64,000 nt of DNA from Balanoglossus misakiensis (taxonomy: Eukaryota; Animalia; Hemichordata). The stretch's first letter is position 1, and each line of letters starts with the position of its first letter. Shown here in pieces: positions 38,730-53,700 of the stretch. The position numbers and the translations under genes were made by a program. Location: the NCBI GenBank assembly GCA_040954595.2, contig CM082586.2, forward strand, positions 2,857,124 to 2,921,123. The letters are read 5' to 3'. Below the pieces are notes generated by a model. It made no database searches and was not told the DNA's origin. It saw nothing but the letters and a program-made list of their open reading frames with translations.

Positions 38730-41700
38730 ACAAACAAACAAACAATAAAATCGCGGAGGGAGAGCCCCCTGTGTTTATACGGGGAACCACAGAGAGGAAG
38801 CGATGCATAGCTATCGATGTCAGAGTGTTCTGATCGTTGACGAGTTTTGCCCCCATATTTAACCCAGTCCAGCTACATGGAGTCGGATAAATCAAAGATT
38901 TTCAAGCGAAAACGGGTGAAAGGATTACATGTACACCAATGAAGATAGACAGGCTGTAAAAAGCATAATCAAAAGCGAGAAATTTTCTCTTTTTTGCGGA
39001 AATCAAACACATAGAACGAGGGAGTCAACAAAGACACCCGCTGAACTGTCGAAAACAAGGTCGCGCGCGTTCGATTGACCGTGCGCGGTACATCGGGTCC
39101 ACCGCTCGATGCAGTCGGCCGGCTGCATGGGTACGTCCCGCGATCGCGCGCGACCACCCGCTCTCGACATCGGCCTCTAATTAATGACACATCGTTCACA
39201 ACTTGTTGACAAGGCAATTGGCGGACCTGCCAAAGGAAAAACGAAGCCAGTTTTTCTTTTGTTGTCAGGAAAACTCTAACATGCTTTAGTCAAATGATTA
39301 TTTCACACTTTGTTTTTGTTTACAAGTGTCAATCTTCTGGATTAGCAAGCCGTAAAAGCGTTTTTGAATAAACAAATTAAAATTACAAGACGATCATTAA
39401 TTACTGCAGTGTGCGCTCAGCTGGGGTTCCCCGGACGCAGACATCAAAGTGAACCCGCGTCCCAGCAAAAAAGCTTGCGTCCCGGACGCGGAATTCTGCG
39501 TTAACGCGATCCCTGGTGTACGTGGTACATATGAATTATTACCTACATGCATATCTACCACAGTACACCAGAACGATATATTTAGATAAGCAGGCCAGTC
39601 TAGAAGCTGGCTGGGTGCTTTAGGCTAAGCCCCTTTTCTCCATCAAACTTCAGCTATTTTTGTACTTGTAACTGTTTAAAATTGATGTCTCCCCAGGACC
39701 AGCGTGGTTGGGGTTAATAATGTTGCAGACACGGTTCTGGTTTATGGGTCAGTTGTTAAAAATAATAGCAAGTGTTCTCCTCAGTTTGATGGGAGAGCTG
39801 GAAAGTGGAGGCTGGTGTGTGTTGTAAGGAATAGTGAAAAATGCCTTGTTCATTGAACTGAATTTCAGTACGATATAATTTCGAAAGGAGCTGTCTGTCA
39901 GTATTGGGGAGTGGGGGGGGGGGGGTTCTATAGGCTGAATATCATGGTTGTAATGTCTTCTAACTAGATGCAGGGCGTAATCGACTTGTCAGTCTCTGTG
40001 ACCAGACATCAAGATTTCAATTGTCATTACTGGTAATCCTGGCTCTAAAGTGGGCCAGATACGAAATAAATTATGCAGTATGATGTGAAACGTACAAGTT
40101 GGGGGCTTACAAGTGCTAGTTGAAACAAAATAATAGATGCCTATCATGTCTGGGGATAAATTTCAATGATTGCTGTCATGGATGATGTGAATATTATTTG
40201 CAGGATTTATTCCCCATTGTATCATACTCCGTAGAGTAGGGAAGTCATCAGTGGATAGGATGATTCACATTTAGTGTTTGACTAATTCCTTAGTAATGCG
40301 TAGGTGACTCATTGATGCATTCAGTCTTCATTCTGAGCGACGTTTTAATTCTGTTTGGTTGGAACTCGCGCAAGGATTGTCCATGTTATCGTAGTATCTG
40401 AGGTTTTTTTGTCTGCACAAATTAGAAAGGCAGGCAGACGAAGGGTTGTGTGAACGCTCCTGTCAAAATGGTGATTCTTTCTGTATATTTCTATCTGTTG
40501 TCTGTTGATCTTTGTACGTTTGCTAGCTGGCAAGATGATGTGGTTTTGTACTTGTCACATATTTTACAACATAGAGATTTGCGCTTGAAATATTTCTCCA
40601 TAGAAGAAATATACAATTTGCTTTATTTTATGAAATCTACGTTTCTGTTTCGTTAGTTCTGCGAGGCAGTGTTTTGTTTCGTTGTTCTGCTATTGTCTGC
40701 AGGGCGTGTGCGGAACAAAAGTGTCGCTAACCCCTGTAGCAGTGACTGTCTCATATGGACTGATATTGCATGCCAATTTTCAAAAACATGCTCAGGGAGA
40801 TGTTGAAAAGAAAATGAAAATTCTCAAGAAATCAAAAGTGATGGCAACAACACATCTTTGTTGTCTAAGTTGAATAGTAGTCACGGAGATTGATTTTAAA
40901 TGAGCCCAACTGATGATGAATATCGACTGATGATATTCTGCTCTTTTTTTCCTCCCAGGTACACAATGTTGATATGTCGAAGATGGCAAGTGATTTCCAA
41001 GCGTTAGCGTTGGAAACTGGGAGCAGTACAAGGCCTATGGATGAGGTAAGCGTCTGTACATCCCCCCTTCTCATCCTCAAGTCAGCGTTTGTATCAAATC
41101 CTTTGTTGTCTCATAGAATATTCTGTATCGAGAATACTAATAAAATGGAACATTATTAGCGTGGCTGTTGTCGATATCCATTGAGTGCGGGGAAACTAAC
41201 ATTTTGCCTGAAGTGAAGATGTTATTGACTGCTTTGCCTTGGGTCACTTCATGGCTGCCTGGTTTTGTCTTTCAAATATTCCTAAAAGACAAAGACATTT
41301 CGTGCCGAGCATCACAGCATTATCTTGTGTTCTCTGTGGAAATTTAAATATCTGCTCGTGATTTATAATCTGAAATGATAGCTGTGGCATTTTTGGCCAA
41401 ATCAAGATAGTATGATTGTTTTGGCAATTATCCAAACAAAGGAATTAAATGCATGACAAAGGAACTGTATTTGCTTTAAGTAGTAGTCTAGGTATTTTCA
41501 ACATTTTGGAACAAAGGATTCTGTTTGGAAGTCTTTCTTGCAGTTGTTAGGTTGTATTTCCGGACTACTTCACACAAAAATTAGATTTTGCAATTGAGAA
41601 GTGTTTTGCTCAGTAATTAATTCAATTTTGTCAGTTCATTGTTTGAAAAAAAAATTAAGGGTCGTGTAAATTGCTTTTGTGAGTAAGGTGCACTTTTCAG

Positions 41701-44700
41701 TGGTCGTCTTCATGGCCACTCCCTCCTTATATCGAATATATTAGTCAATAGAAAATGCTTGAATGAGCCTATCAATCACACGCTATCAAGAATGGAGCCC
41801 AATTTGAAATTCTGGGAAAATCTAGCTCATGTAGCGAAATTATAATGCTGGTAGCCCATAAAAAGAAAGGTTGAATTTTCACAGGAATTGTCATTGAGTT
41901 TATTGATGATAAATTGCCTAATGAATAATATGCAGTAAAAATAAATTAACAGCTGTTTTGATCATTGATATCTGGTTGCAAATAATTGAATTCTAATAAG
42001 TTTATTTTAGCTAATTTGACTGTAGAAAGACTGTTTCTGTTTGAATTCATATTATTTTAGTTTTAATGAGATAAAAATAGAATTTGTGAATGCGCGATCC
42101 TTAGAGTTAAGATGTTCTGTTTGATTAGGGAATCAGGGAGGATGAGAAGAGGGGAATTTGAAGTGTCTAGTTGTAATTGAGCAGGAAAGATAAAGAAGAT
42201 GGATTGTTAATTGCGTTGAATTACAGTTTAAGTAAGATTGCATCATAGATGCGTGTAAATGTGATGTAATTGCTAAATGATGCATAACCAGTTTCTGAGG
42301 TCAGTTTGGGTGTGCGTGTTACTGCAATATTGCCAGTGCAGTGGCGTGGTCCAAAAACTAAACAGATGGTTGATTCCAATGTGCCCGTAACAAACATGAT
42401 TTTTGAACGCTTTGAGGATTTTTAAAATTGTCTCTGCACCTTTGCATATAGTGCGGATATAGTGCAGATAATTTCTCTTGAGTCAACAGTGAGTTTGTCG
42501 AGTCAGTGGCGCATCATATGGGTTCTGAAACAGATGGTTTTTTGTGGCGCTGGCTCATCTCTGAGTGGTTGGTTGGTTGGCAGTGACCATGGAATATGAG
42601 CGCTGCCATCGTGAACTCCAGCTGTAAATGTAGCAGGCCAGGGGAATGTGTCCCGGTTAATCCACAACTGTAACAAGCCATCAGAGATGACTGGCATATT
42701 AAACTGCAAACGTGACCTTGATCTGCCTTAGCCCTTTTGAAAACTGAACTCTGAAAATGAGGTAATCCGAGAGTGTAAGTGAAATATTCCAAGGTTGAAT
42801 GCATATATTAGACCGGCCTAGCCTTTGTGCCTGTGTCCCTGACACTTGAGCTGAACTTGTGCGTGAACTAAATCAGAGCATTGCCCTGAGGTGAATTTGA
42901 AATGTTGATAAAACCAGTTGATAAAATCTCTACATGGGTGTAATGATGATGAAAAATAATATTCATGCAGCTACAAAAATGCACTAAAAAAGATTGTAAT
43001 CTGAGAATGATAAACACATGAATTTTTATTACTGGAATTCTAGATGTTGTGAAACCATATATGTAGATGGTGAAGTTACGTGTGTTGTTGTAAGATGATG
43101 TGCTTTGGAGAAACACATTGACATCATCAGTTATTACCACTGCTGCTGGTTGTAAAATTTTATACGTTTCAATCAAGGGGAAGGGTAACGTTGACATTAT
43201 TCAATGTGTCCTGGCTTTGTGGCGCATGTTATGAGAGTGGTTTCGTCTTTAGCGGCGTGTTTGGGAACGTGCCAGCGTGCAGGTGTATTTCCAGGAAACG
43301 GCCCCGAACTGAACGCTCACGTTTTTTGCTATCAGCGACAATAAAAACCGATTAAAACCGGTTTTCTGAATCAACGGCATTTTTCGAAGTATTGTATACT
43401 CTGCGTGTTCAGCCGTCCAAGTACAGACTGATTGCTGCTCGATTCCACGGGGTCAAAGGTCAGTCCGCGCTGTAAATCTGACGCGGTCCCGGCCATTGTT
43501 TAACGCCTTGCAATTTGAACTGTTATCCCCCTACACACGGGCAAATTAGGATTTTATATCGGTGCTGAGTTTATGCCACCCGTGATGGTGGACGATAACC
43601 TTTCCCTGTGTGTAGTATGAAATCTAACCGATTCAAGCCTCGAATCGTACGCTATGCTGAGTTCCTTTGTGTTGGGTTGGGTAAGGGTAGTGCCGTCTGC
43701 TTCTTTGTTTGATATGTACAAATGTAAGGCAATGACCCCCCTTCCTTCCCCGCCATTGTCCAGCCTCTATTCGTAAAAAAAACATTGTCTACATCTGTGT
43801 TTCGCCCTCAGATACGTGTGTATGCAGTCCTGCTTTACACGTAACAATATTCCTTTTTTTGTAATTATTGATAAAGCGAACACTGGTAACACTTCCTGTT
43901 GGTGTAATGAGGGGGTCATTTCTGAATACTTGAAATATTTGCAATAATTTATTTCAGATAATGAAGAAAAAAATATTTTTGTCTGAAATTGTGAGAACTG
44001 TCATTAAAGTCGTGTTGGTTGCTTTTTCCACTGCAGGCCCTTATTTTCAACATCGGCGATGAAAATACCTGCCCTGTTTACTCTAACGTAGTCTTTTAAA
44101 GAGTTTAATTTGAATTTCCAATATAAATGCAAATTGACTAAAAACAAACCACATTGAGGCAGTCAGCAAGGTCCACCAACTGTCCCTCGTTCTGTGCGGT
44201 GATATTCTTTCGGTGATCTACAATCCAACACTCCATGCTGAGTCAATGTGAAAGAGAAGTCTTACTGCTGCAGAAAGAGAGATTGAAAAGTGCCTTGTTA
44301 GTGTTTCCAACTCCCAGGGTTTGTATACTTCTTGGAAGTCCTTGAATTTGAAGAAAGCGTCATACAGGAAAGTCTTAGAAAGCCTTGGGGGGAAAATGTA
44401 TTTACTGATAAAAAGCCCTCGAAAAGTGATGCAGTTGTCTGTACACTCAATCTTGAGAAAGTCACATTCTTGACCACAGCTCCGTGCTGTACACAGATTA
44501 TGTAGATGTATATGTTCTTGAATGACAGGAAGGTCATTCGTTTCACTTGCTGTATTTTTAAACATTCATACCGGAAGTTTATTGGAGTATCATTGGTAAC
44601 TGCAGACAGTGGAAAAAATGTACCAATAAACGTGTCGTGTGCTGTGATTATTCATGCAAAAGTATTGTACGTTTTCAGAAAATTGAGATCGAAGCATTTC

Positions 44701-47700
44701 AGCAGGTTACTGTTTTGGTGTAAATGGATTCCTCGGTTGTCAGAGACCACTGACATATCCGGCTCCATTGTAGTAAAGCTTGGGATTAGCTATATATACT
44801 GCTCCGGGTCAGGGGTCACGTCTCTGAGTAGCTGTGGCCAGGCAGGAACCCTGTGGTCGCCCTCTTGCCATTTTTCAGTTGCGGGAGTAGGAAGGTAATT
44901 ATCGGTCATATTTGAATTTTCAACATGGGGTTCAAATATCAATAAAGGCATTTGGAATGTCGTAAACAATATATTAATATAAGTCGCTGTTGACCCAGAT
45001 AAGTGTACACAGAGCAGAAACATAGCTATCTGTCTCGTGTTGTATAGTGTCTTCCGATTGATCAGGGATGCTGTAATATGAGTGAAAAAATGTTCCTGCT
45101 AAATAGACGCTTATTATTTGTGGACCTTTGTTGTACAGTATGCGTGTTCAGCCATTATTGATAAATGGCGACGGTTTTAAATGATTTCCTTCCGTGCCGT
45201 ATTACAAGTAATTTTGAAAATTGATCAGGCTTGCGAAGTGGCATGATTTCCTTGTCATAATTTCGATAATGAAACCTTTATATAGGGTTTAATGACCCGA
45301 TTAAAGAAATCATTATGCTGAAATTACCTGGCTACTTGTAAGTTGAGAAAATTACACAGGTGTAAGTACGAATAAAATGCTTTGTCAGGAAGTAAGTAGA
45401 AATGAAGTAAAATTGTATATTTCCTCGGTATACGTGATTTCAGAAAGTCTTGATACTTTGCAGTGTGAAAGAAAGTTTGTGGCCTCTGGGATTATTAAAA
45501 GTCAACTGTAGTAGCATGGGTGTCTGAGAAGTTCTGCAAACCTGTCAAATTCCAATGTCATGTTTTTGGACTGTGTCAGAGAAACTAGTCAGTTTCCAAT
45601 GTCATGTTTGCAGAGTATTTGTATCCAATCTCCTTGTCGTTTACAGGCAATGTACAGATTCTTTTGGTGAATTTTATGCCAGATTTCTGTAGTCCTTGAG
45701 GTGTTGTTGCTTGGTGGTGTCGAATGGGGAATGCATTGTTGTGTGTAATTCCCCTGTTGTCCCGAATGTTTGTTCTGAAAACAGTCGACAGTTGAGTAGT
45801 TTGGTCCCATGTGGTCGTCAGATGATTTCAAACAATGGCTGTAATGAAAGTCCTGTTTATCTGCTAGCTATTCACCTCCCCAATATTATTCCGAGTGACA
45901 TATTTTTATTTTATCAGCATTGTAATAAAAAATAGAGTGTTGATGCTCTGGAATTCTTCCCTGGAGAATATGTATGATTCAATTAAAAAAAAGACATGAA
46001 CTAGATTAGCGTTGTTTTATTGTATCGTTAAAACAAGTACAAATATTCAGAATTGCATTTTCATAAAAATCTAGGTCATTGATTATTAATGTTGGTTTAT
46101 TCTGTGTTATTTTTGGGTACGTCTGCTATATGTGTGTTTTATGTGTGACCTGACAGGGATGGCTTGTGATACAGAGTTTTTATCTGAATAGTGTATTTGT
46201 GTTCCGAGAAGGACAGGTATGTTTTACTGGTAGGGAACTCTTGCGCAGTCTTCTATGCGACGAACTGAGAGAATTCAATCACCTATGCAAATTTAGCCAC
46301 AGTTACCACGGAAAGTTGAGATCTACCCAGATCTTAACCATTCATATATTTCCATTTGGGTGGCCATGCCATTAACGAGTGAGAGTTGGTCTGTATACGA
46401 AAATAGAACCCAACAGTTGGGTGTTGATCTGCCCAGATGTCTGATGTGATGCGGAAGATAGAGGCGTGAACAGTACCTAGTAGTGAAAGGAATTCTGGGA
46501 AGGAACTCGCGAGGTCAGTGCAAACTGGATTGCTGCTATTGGATCATATATATTCCACATGTGTCATGTCCACTGTATATGATGAGTCACGTAACTTATG
46601 TTAGCCTGTAAAGAATCGCTGTACTATCCTCAGGGTCAGGAGTAATGAAAAGGACAAGACTCTATATCAAGTCTTTTTAATTTTGCACTCCCATGAAGTG
46701 AGAACGATCTAATTTTTTTCCTTGTTTACAAAAAAATTGCAGATGATAAATGAGCAAATTTTATATCAACCTGTTGTACATGTTTATTTCATATTCGCTT
46801 CAGTCTGGAAAATGTGTTGGAAATCTGATAGCTTGTCTGTTTCTCTTAGGCTCAGGATTCTGTTACTAGGAACTTGCTCGCAAAGAAGCCATAACGACCA
46901 TATTTTCCTGCCCCTGACTTGCTTGTGAAATATGGTTGATGAAAGGGTGTGTTCTCATATTCTTTTTCGTTTTTGCGATCTTCAGTGGGAAAAATCGTTT
47001 GAAGTGCCTCGGGCAGTTTTACCAGGGACTGAGGTTTTCTTCAACAGATGCACACAAAAATGGATCCGATCGGTTTTGTACGTCTGCACATCATTTATGC
47101 AAGATGATATGAAGGTGTAAAATGACCCTTTTGCGTGCAAATGTTGTGTTTTTCGATAAGGAAATTTTCCGGTTAGGCATTCATGATATGAGCTTGTCAG
47201 ATTTCTCCAAATTACAGGGGATTATGTATTGGCACAGATCAGGGATTTTTCGTGATCTGGTAAAAATTGTACAAACTTTGGTTAAATGATAAATATTGCA
47301 GTTACTTTGGTTAAATAATACATATTGTTACGTACCGATGATTATGTCCAACCAGTGAATTATGTCTTATGATGTTATGTCTGTAAAGATCATGAGGAAC
47401 TCTGAAACAGGTAAAGTGACATGGTTATATCAGGTCTGTTCAGACATGTATCAATGAAGGGTAATCTGGATGATCTATTTCATTGACTGAAATAGATCAT
47501 CTTTCAGTGTGCACTGCATTCATAATTTATCCTATGAACAGTAATGCTTGTAATCAGAGATTTCCCCACCCAGTGAGAAAGCTGAACTGCATCCAAGCAT
47601 GTACAGTGACCTGTTTCTGTTGGTAGAAAGTGCAAATTTCATGGGGCAGAGATTGCTCCCTTTTGTTGTGAAATGTACATGTACCTTTCATGTTTTGCTC

Positions 47701-50700
47701 GTATATCGAACAAATATGCGTCGTATATAACACATTGTTCAATTATTTTTGAATTTTAGAAAAAAGCGTTGATAGCAATGCTGAAGTTGGTGTCCTTTTG
47801 TTTATTTGGAGAGTTGTCTCAAAGATATTCAGACCGAATCTTATCACTCCTTGCAGTCTCTTTTCAGAAACTGTCCAACTCCTAATTACTGTATTTACTC
47901 GTAATCACAGCCAACTTGGCAAACAGATGCCCATTTTGGACTAATCGCCCGTGAAATAGTCCTCGAGAGTGACAGTGAATTATTACCTCGGAAGGACAGT
48001 AGAAGTAGAGCCATTCTCTGACGGCTGCAGTTTGTGAACACGTGATTCAGATGATGGATGTGGCAGCCATTTTGAAAAAAAAAGTGTACACTACCATGCA
48101 GACAGCATCTGGTTTCTTTGTCCTCAAAACCAAGCAAAGATTTGAATGTTGGTAATATCACACAGACATTGCAATTTTTTGTGATGATGGAGCAGTATTT
48201 TGTCCAATTTATGAACCAAAGCTGTAAAAAAAATTCTATAAGAAAGAAAAAAATTATGTTCAAAATGGATTGTGATAACATGCATGCTGCATGAATCATT
48301 TCACCATATGCCCATTAAGGTGGGCAACAGGACTTTATGAAGGTGATTAATTCTGTTTTGAGGGCTCATCCTCACCGCATCCAACCAGTTTTCTTGTTTT
48401 TATGGGTGTTTCGTGAAATATATCTGCTTGGTGAAAATTTTAATTTGAAAGGAAAGGCGGAAAATGTGTCCGATAGAAAAGCTACAAATTACATCTGCCG
48501 TGTGTGTGCGTTCTTGCTTGTCAATCATGATTTGGTTTATTCATACTACCTGCAGTCATCTTTGTCTTGATAGGAACTGTTGTCGTCGCCTTAAGGCACA
48601 GAGATGTTGAGATGGAGAGCGTACATGTAATACCACTTGGAACGAATGCACGTGTCAGTAGCGTACTGTCTCTCTCGTGTTCATATCAGTCATCAGGGAT
48701 GATTGAAATGGTGTTGCGATTATTAATACTGACTCATTCTTTGTCCTGAGTGATACACAACACAGGAAGGACAGTGGTTGTTGGCAGAGTGTATTTTTAC
48801 TATAATTAGTTTGCCAGGCAGTTCCTGGAAAAAAAAATTACGTTTATCTCTCAATTACGTTTTATAAGTGAATGGAAATTACTTTTCCCATTGTCACAAT
48901 GGATGAAAGGAAAATGTGAATTTTTTTCTATTCAAAGTGGTCGGCTCATGTTTCATATAGAGATTTTGTGTTCTATGGAAGTGAACAATTGAATTTAAGG
49001 AAGAAGAACAAAGGTGAAATGGTTTATTATCGGCAGGCTGGATTCTGTAATCCAAACGTGGCTGATTTTTGGTGATTTATAAATGAAACATTTTTGTGAC
49101 TTGATCGGCACACAATGGCCTGGCATTCGCTCAGAGATTATCTTTACAGTGCACTTTTCAAGTAGAACTGTGTATGTACACTTTTTGGTTCTTTGTGTCT
49201 CTGTGAGGCGTATCCGGTTAGAAATCTCTGGGCGTCTTTATAAAGCTTGTTGGGGGGAATTTCTGTGAAATTTCAGACGCCGCCAGCCTGTTGATAAGTG
49301 CGGAGGTAGGCTCGTAAAAGCCTCTGTGTGTGTAGTGTGGCTTTCTGTTGTTCATGACAGCCAGACAGATGAATGGATAAGCGAGCACAGTGCAAGTTGA
49401 GAGACGCGACAGTGCTGGAGTGTCTTAAGTACGCAAGCGATGCGGGCAGAGCGAGACCGGGTCAAGAATACATGGATGCCGGGGAACAAAGCCCCAGATG
49501 AAATGTCAAGTCGCTTTTCACACAAACAATGCAACAGTTTTCTCAATGGCTTGAAATTGACTTTTAAAAGCGCCACCTTGTCAGATTTCTAAGATGCTGA
49601 CAGGTATGCCTGAGTTTGTGGGTCTCTGAACGGCTCATTGATCAGATCTCGGTGAAACGTGAAACACAAGATGGCCGACCTCTCCTGTGCCACGCAACAT
49701 ATGGAATTCAGAATCTCTGCGTCATCATTATAAACTGCTCCATGTTCAGTAGTCAACGTGATACCATGGTAGATGTGGGGTTTGTCATAAAAGAACAAAT
49801 GGTTTTTGCGCTAAATGTGAAAATAAGATAGAAAAGCTGTTTCATGTTCGTAATTCAAAATAGCTGTAAGTCTGTTCCATAACATAAATATTGGAAAGAA
49901 AAGTTTGCGTGGCAGTTTTCGAAAGAATCCCTTTGAATAAAGATGTAAACAGATACATTCAACGCTTGGCCATGATTATTACGTAATTGTACAGCTGCTG
50001 TTGATGGAAGAAACCCTCCTGGATAGCTTTTAAAATTTGCATACAAAGCAACAACCAGTGACCTAGTCGTTAGCAATTTACGTTTGTAATTCTGAATCCA
50101 TGCTGAGGTCACCATCTAATTTTAGCAACAATGACATTGTTTGCAGTTTCTTTTATGGATAATTCATTGTTGTGATTTCGTGGTGCCAGTATAATTAAAG
50201 TACAAATGGTCAGAAAACAATAACAAATTAATGTCCGTTTCAAAATAAGTATTTGTTTAAACTTTATGTGATTGGCATGTTTGTACTCAGAAAGACAGAT
50301 TGGATTGTGTAACCGATCAGAGAACAGGCTGATGTGAAAATGATCCTTCAGTCTTTTACTACATAAAATTTACTGGAGACGGTATTTTATAATAATGATA
50401 TCTAGTCTTCTCTCGAGACGGGTTTCTGAAGCTCGTGGAAAATGTGTGTGAAGATGTCGCAGATTCAGTAGCGAGCTGTTGCTCACAGGAGCATCCTAAT
50501 TTTTAATGATCACTTGTATATAAAAAAAAATACATTTGATTCTTGTAATGGTATCTCAGTTGGATAATGATATCACCTCGGTAACGCATCAGCAATGAAT
50601 ACTGTTATCTCTAAGTAGGAGCTGAATCCAGTCGCTGGTGATTTTCCTCCCAGGTTATTGATGTGGCACAGGGTGAGAGCCAGTACAAGGCCAGTCGCCC

Positions 50701-53700
50701 GTACCCCGCACAATGGCTGCGACAAATCACTCCATCTTTTATTCCTTCGATAAAATTGAAGTAGGCCGTGCATACGGAAAAGCAATTTCACACCGGTTGA
50801 TCACCACCCGTGTGGATAATGCGATGCAAAAGTTTCCCGAAAGTGTAACCCCATCACGGCTGTTCACCTGCAAGACATGGCATTTGGTGGGGATCGGTGG
50901 GTGCGAAAATCACACCTCTTGATTATTCTGCAAGGAAAGGAGGAAATTAGTTTTATTAGGCGTTCATTACGACTGGGACTGTTATCCTGTTAGGGTCTGG
51001 GTGCTAAGAATAACAAGTGTATGATTTGTCATGCTTGCTTATACTGGTGCATTATTATTTTGTAGTGAAGTATTAAAATAAAATAAAAAGGAGCCTTAAT
51101 TATTGTTACTCAACGCCAAGAACCGTCACTTATTAACCTTTGACCTGCGTCTCCTGTCCATGCTGTTAGAGGGCACTGTACTAACCTACAGCTGAAGTCT
51201 GGGTGCTGCACAGTAGCCTGTTGTTTAGCTAGTACAACTAGAGGTTTCTGATAGCCATATGTGTTCTGTTTGTAACCTTTGATTTCAATTCCAAGAATCG
51301 AAAATTGTCGAACAAAATCTTCGAAGTTACGTTTCATCCTGAGCTTGTGGAATCAGCTTAAGAAGGTTCCGTTTTCTCTCAGTGGCCGACTGGACTGATC
51401 TCGTTGACAAGTCAATTGTTACCTCTTTTAGCTACCAGTCAAGATGCTATGCTAGGAATTCCTAATAATCCTGTATTTTGACCCGGTGTGCGGAGGGCTG
51501 AATGTGGCGCTCTGACTGGAGTCTTTGTTGTGGCTGGATTTCCACCGAATGTTTGGAAATCCTGTCTGAAACGCTTAATTGGTCTTGACCAGCCCTCTTT
51601 GTCGACCCCTTTTGAATTGAAACTCGTAGCGTCGGTGTCTGCGGAAATCGTGTCAATACTGGTCTTACAATGGTTTCTTGAAGTTGTGTGGGTCAAGAAT
51701 AGGAAAGGTTGGCTGGACGAGCAGAGATGTCTGGACAGAGTCTGTCGGCTATTTGGTGTGGATATTCCACACTCAAACAGGTGAATCTTTGTTGTCAGTT
51801 TCGAGTGGAGGTCATAGGTCGACCAGTTTTGATGTTTTATATATGCGATGTTATTGTTTGATACGGAATGTGCAGAGGAATTATCGTTGAAAACAAATAT
51901 TGTATATCGATCTGATGATTGGATTACATTTGATGCAAACATGTATTTTCCATTCGTGAGTTACTCTTAGCCATTGTGTTTTCCTCTTTTTCCTTTTTTT
52001 AAATCCAGTTTCTTGTTGTCGTTCTATGCAGATTTGTGCATGTATTCCTTGTGTATATTGCCTGTGCTGTAATAAATTTCATGATGCTGCCTTTATGACC
52101 TTGGTTAGAAGCTTTACAGATTTCATAGAAGGTTTTGCGGCTAGGGAATTAAAACCAATCGGATTGCAAATAGGAATTATCTGTCACAACATGATATTTG
52201 AAACAGGTTATAAAATATTGCACGTAAACAAGACATAATGGGTATGAGATAACTGCCCTGTTGTCGAGTTACACACTTGAATGTCAAAGGTAGCGTTTTT
52301 CAGAGTCATCTGTTCCCGGTTGGCATGGCAACTGGAAGGTTTGTCTGCATCAGTGTCGCAGACTAAATATCGCCAAAAGATACTCTTAAATTATGGCTTT
52401 GAAATGAGTTATGAAGTGATGGTCATTTCCTATTTTCTCTAAACGTGCAAAAACTGTAAATAATTTTTGACTAAAAGGGACATAAAATCATTTCAGTTAC
52501 TACTAATTATAGTATTTGGAATGAATTGCTCATATCCTATAAATATTCCTGGTTGTTTAATGAGACGTGTGCTCATGTATTTGTGGCCGTTAGTAGCATT
52601 TGTGGAATGTTTGCCAGCAAACCTTGAACTGTGATGTGATTTACTGACTTATTTCAAGGAGAGTTGTACAGATATATTATCTGAACTGTCGCGTCTTATA
52701 AACCTTTTATGCTGATCTACAAGTAAGCGGTGATATCTAGCCCAGCCTCTCCCACCAGTTCAATGTCATTGTCAAAGATCAATGTGCAAGGTTGTGATTT
52801 TTGAACTCATGACGTTACTGCAGTCAAGTTGACCTTATATGATCTAGGTCAGGTCAGGTCACAAATTTTAATTGCGTGTAATGTGCCGTAACCTGTGTTA
52901 GTAACATGAATGTGCTGTGTGGAGACTGGAATTGTCAAATGTAGACAAGTGTGTTGACAACACATGTTGAATATCAAGAACTACTCATCAGTAAATTCTT
53001 GTAAATATCTCCACAGTGACTGCCTAGTCACGCAGAGTGGCAGCCATTTTGGCTGTACCACCCGAAGAAATCTACTTTTTGTCTCCCATGATCCAGACGC
53101 TTATAACCTCTTCTCTCCTTGTGATTCCAGATTGTTCCGACTGCAAAGAAATTCTGGGAGATGAATGATGGAGACGAGAGAAATAAAGATGAACCCAAGG
53201 GAATTTTTCTAGGAGATCAGTGGCACGGCACAGCCTGGGGAACTGTGCCTATCAATTCTGGTGAGTAACAACACTATCTGCATTCTGCTAACATGCAGAC
53301 GACAAAATCTGTCCTTCAGATTTTCACGAAGTCTTTCTCATTGACACAGTGGATTTCTTTTCAATGCCAACTCACAGAATACATACAGAGTTTTGTTAGT
53401 CTTTATGAAAGAAGGCTTTTGTATGCGTTCGTTTTTGTGAAAATTTCTTTGTGTGTGCTGATGAATTTTGACCATGAAAATGAAAGGAGCCAGAGAATAT
53501 CTGCTGTCAACTTTATTTTTTATTTTAGTACATTGTTATTTGCCATCTTTGGGATCTGTTTTTATCATTTTGTGCGCCGCCAAAGAAAATAAAGAATTCT
53601 CCCTCTTTGTTTCACCTCAGATCATTCAGTGTCTCAACCCATCGTGATGCAGCGCCGTGGTTACCAGCCGGGGGATGCCAACGCCGTTCTGTCACCGCGG

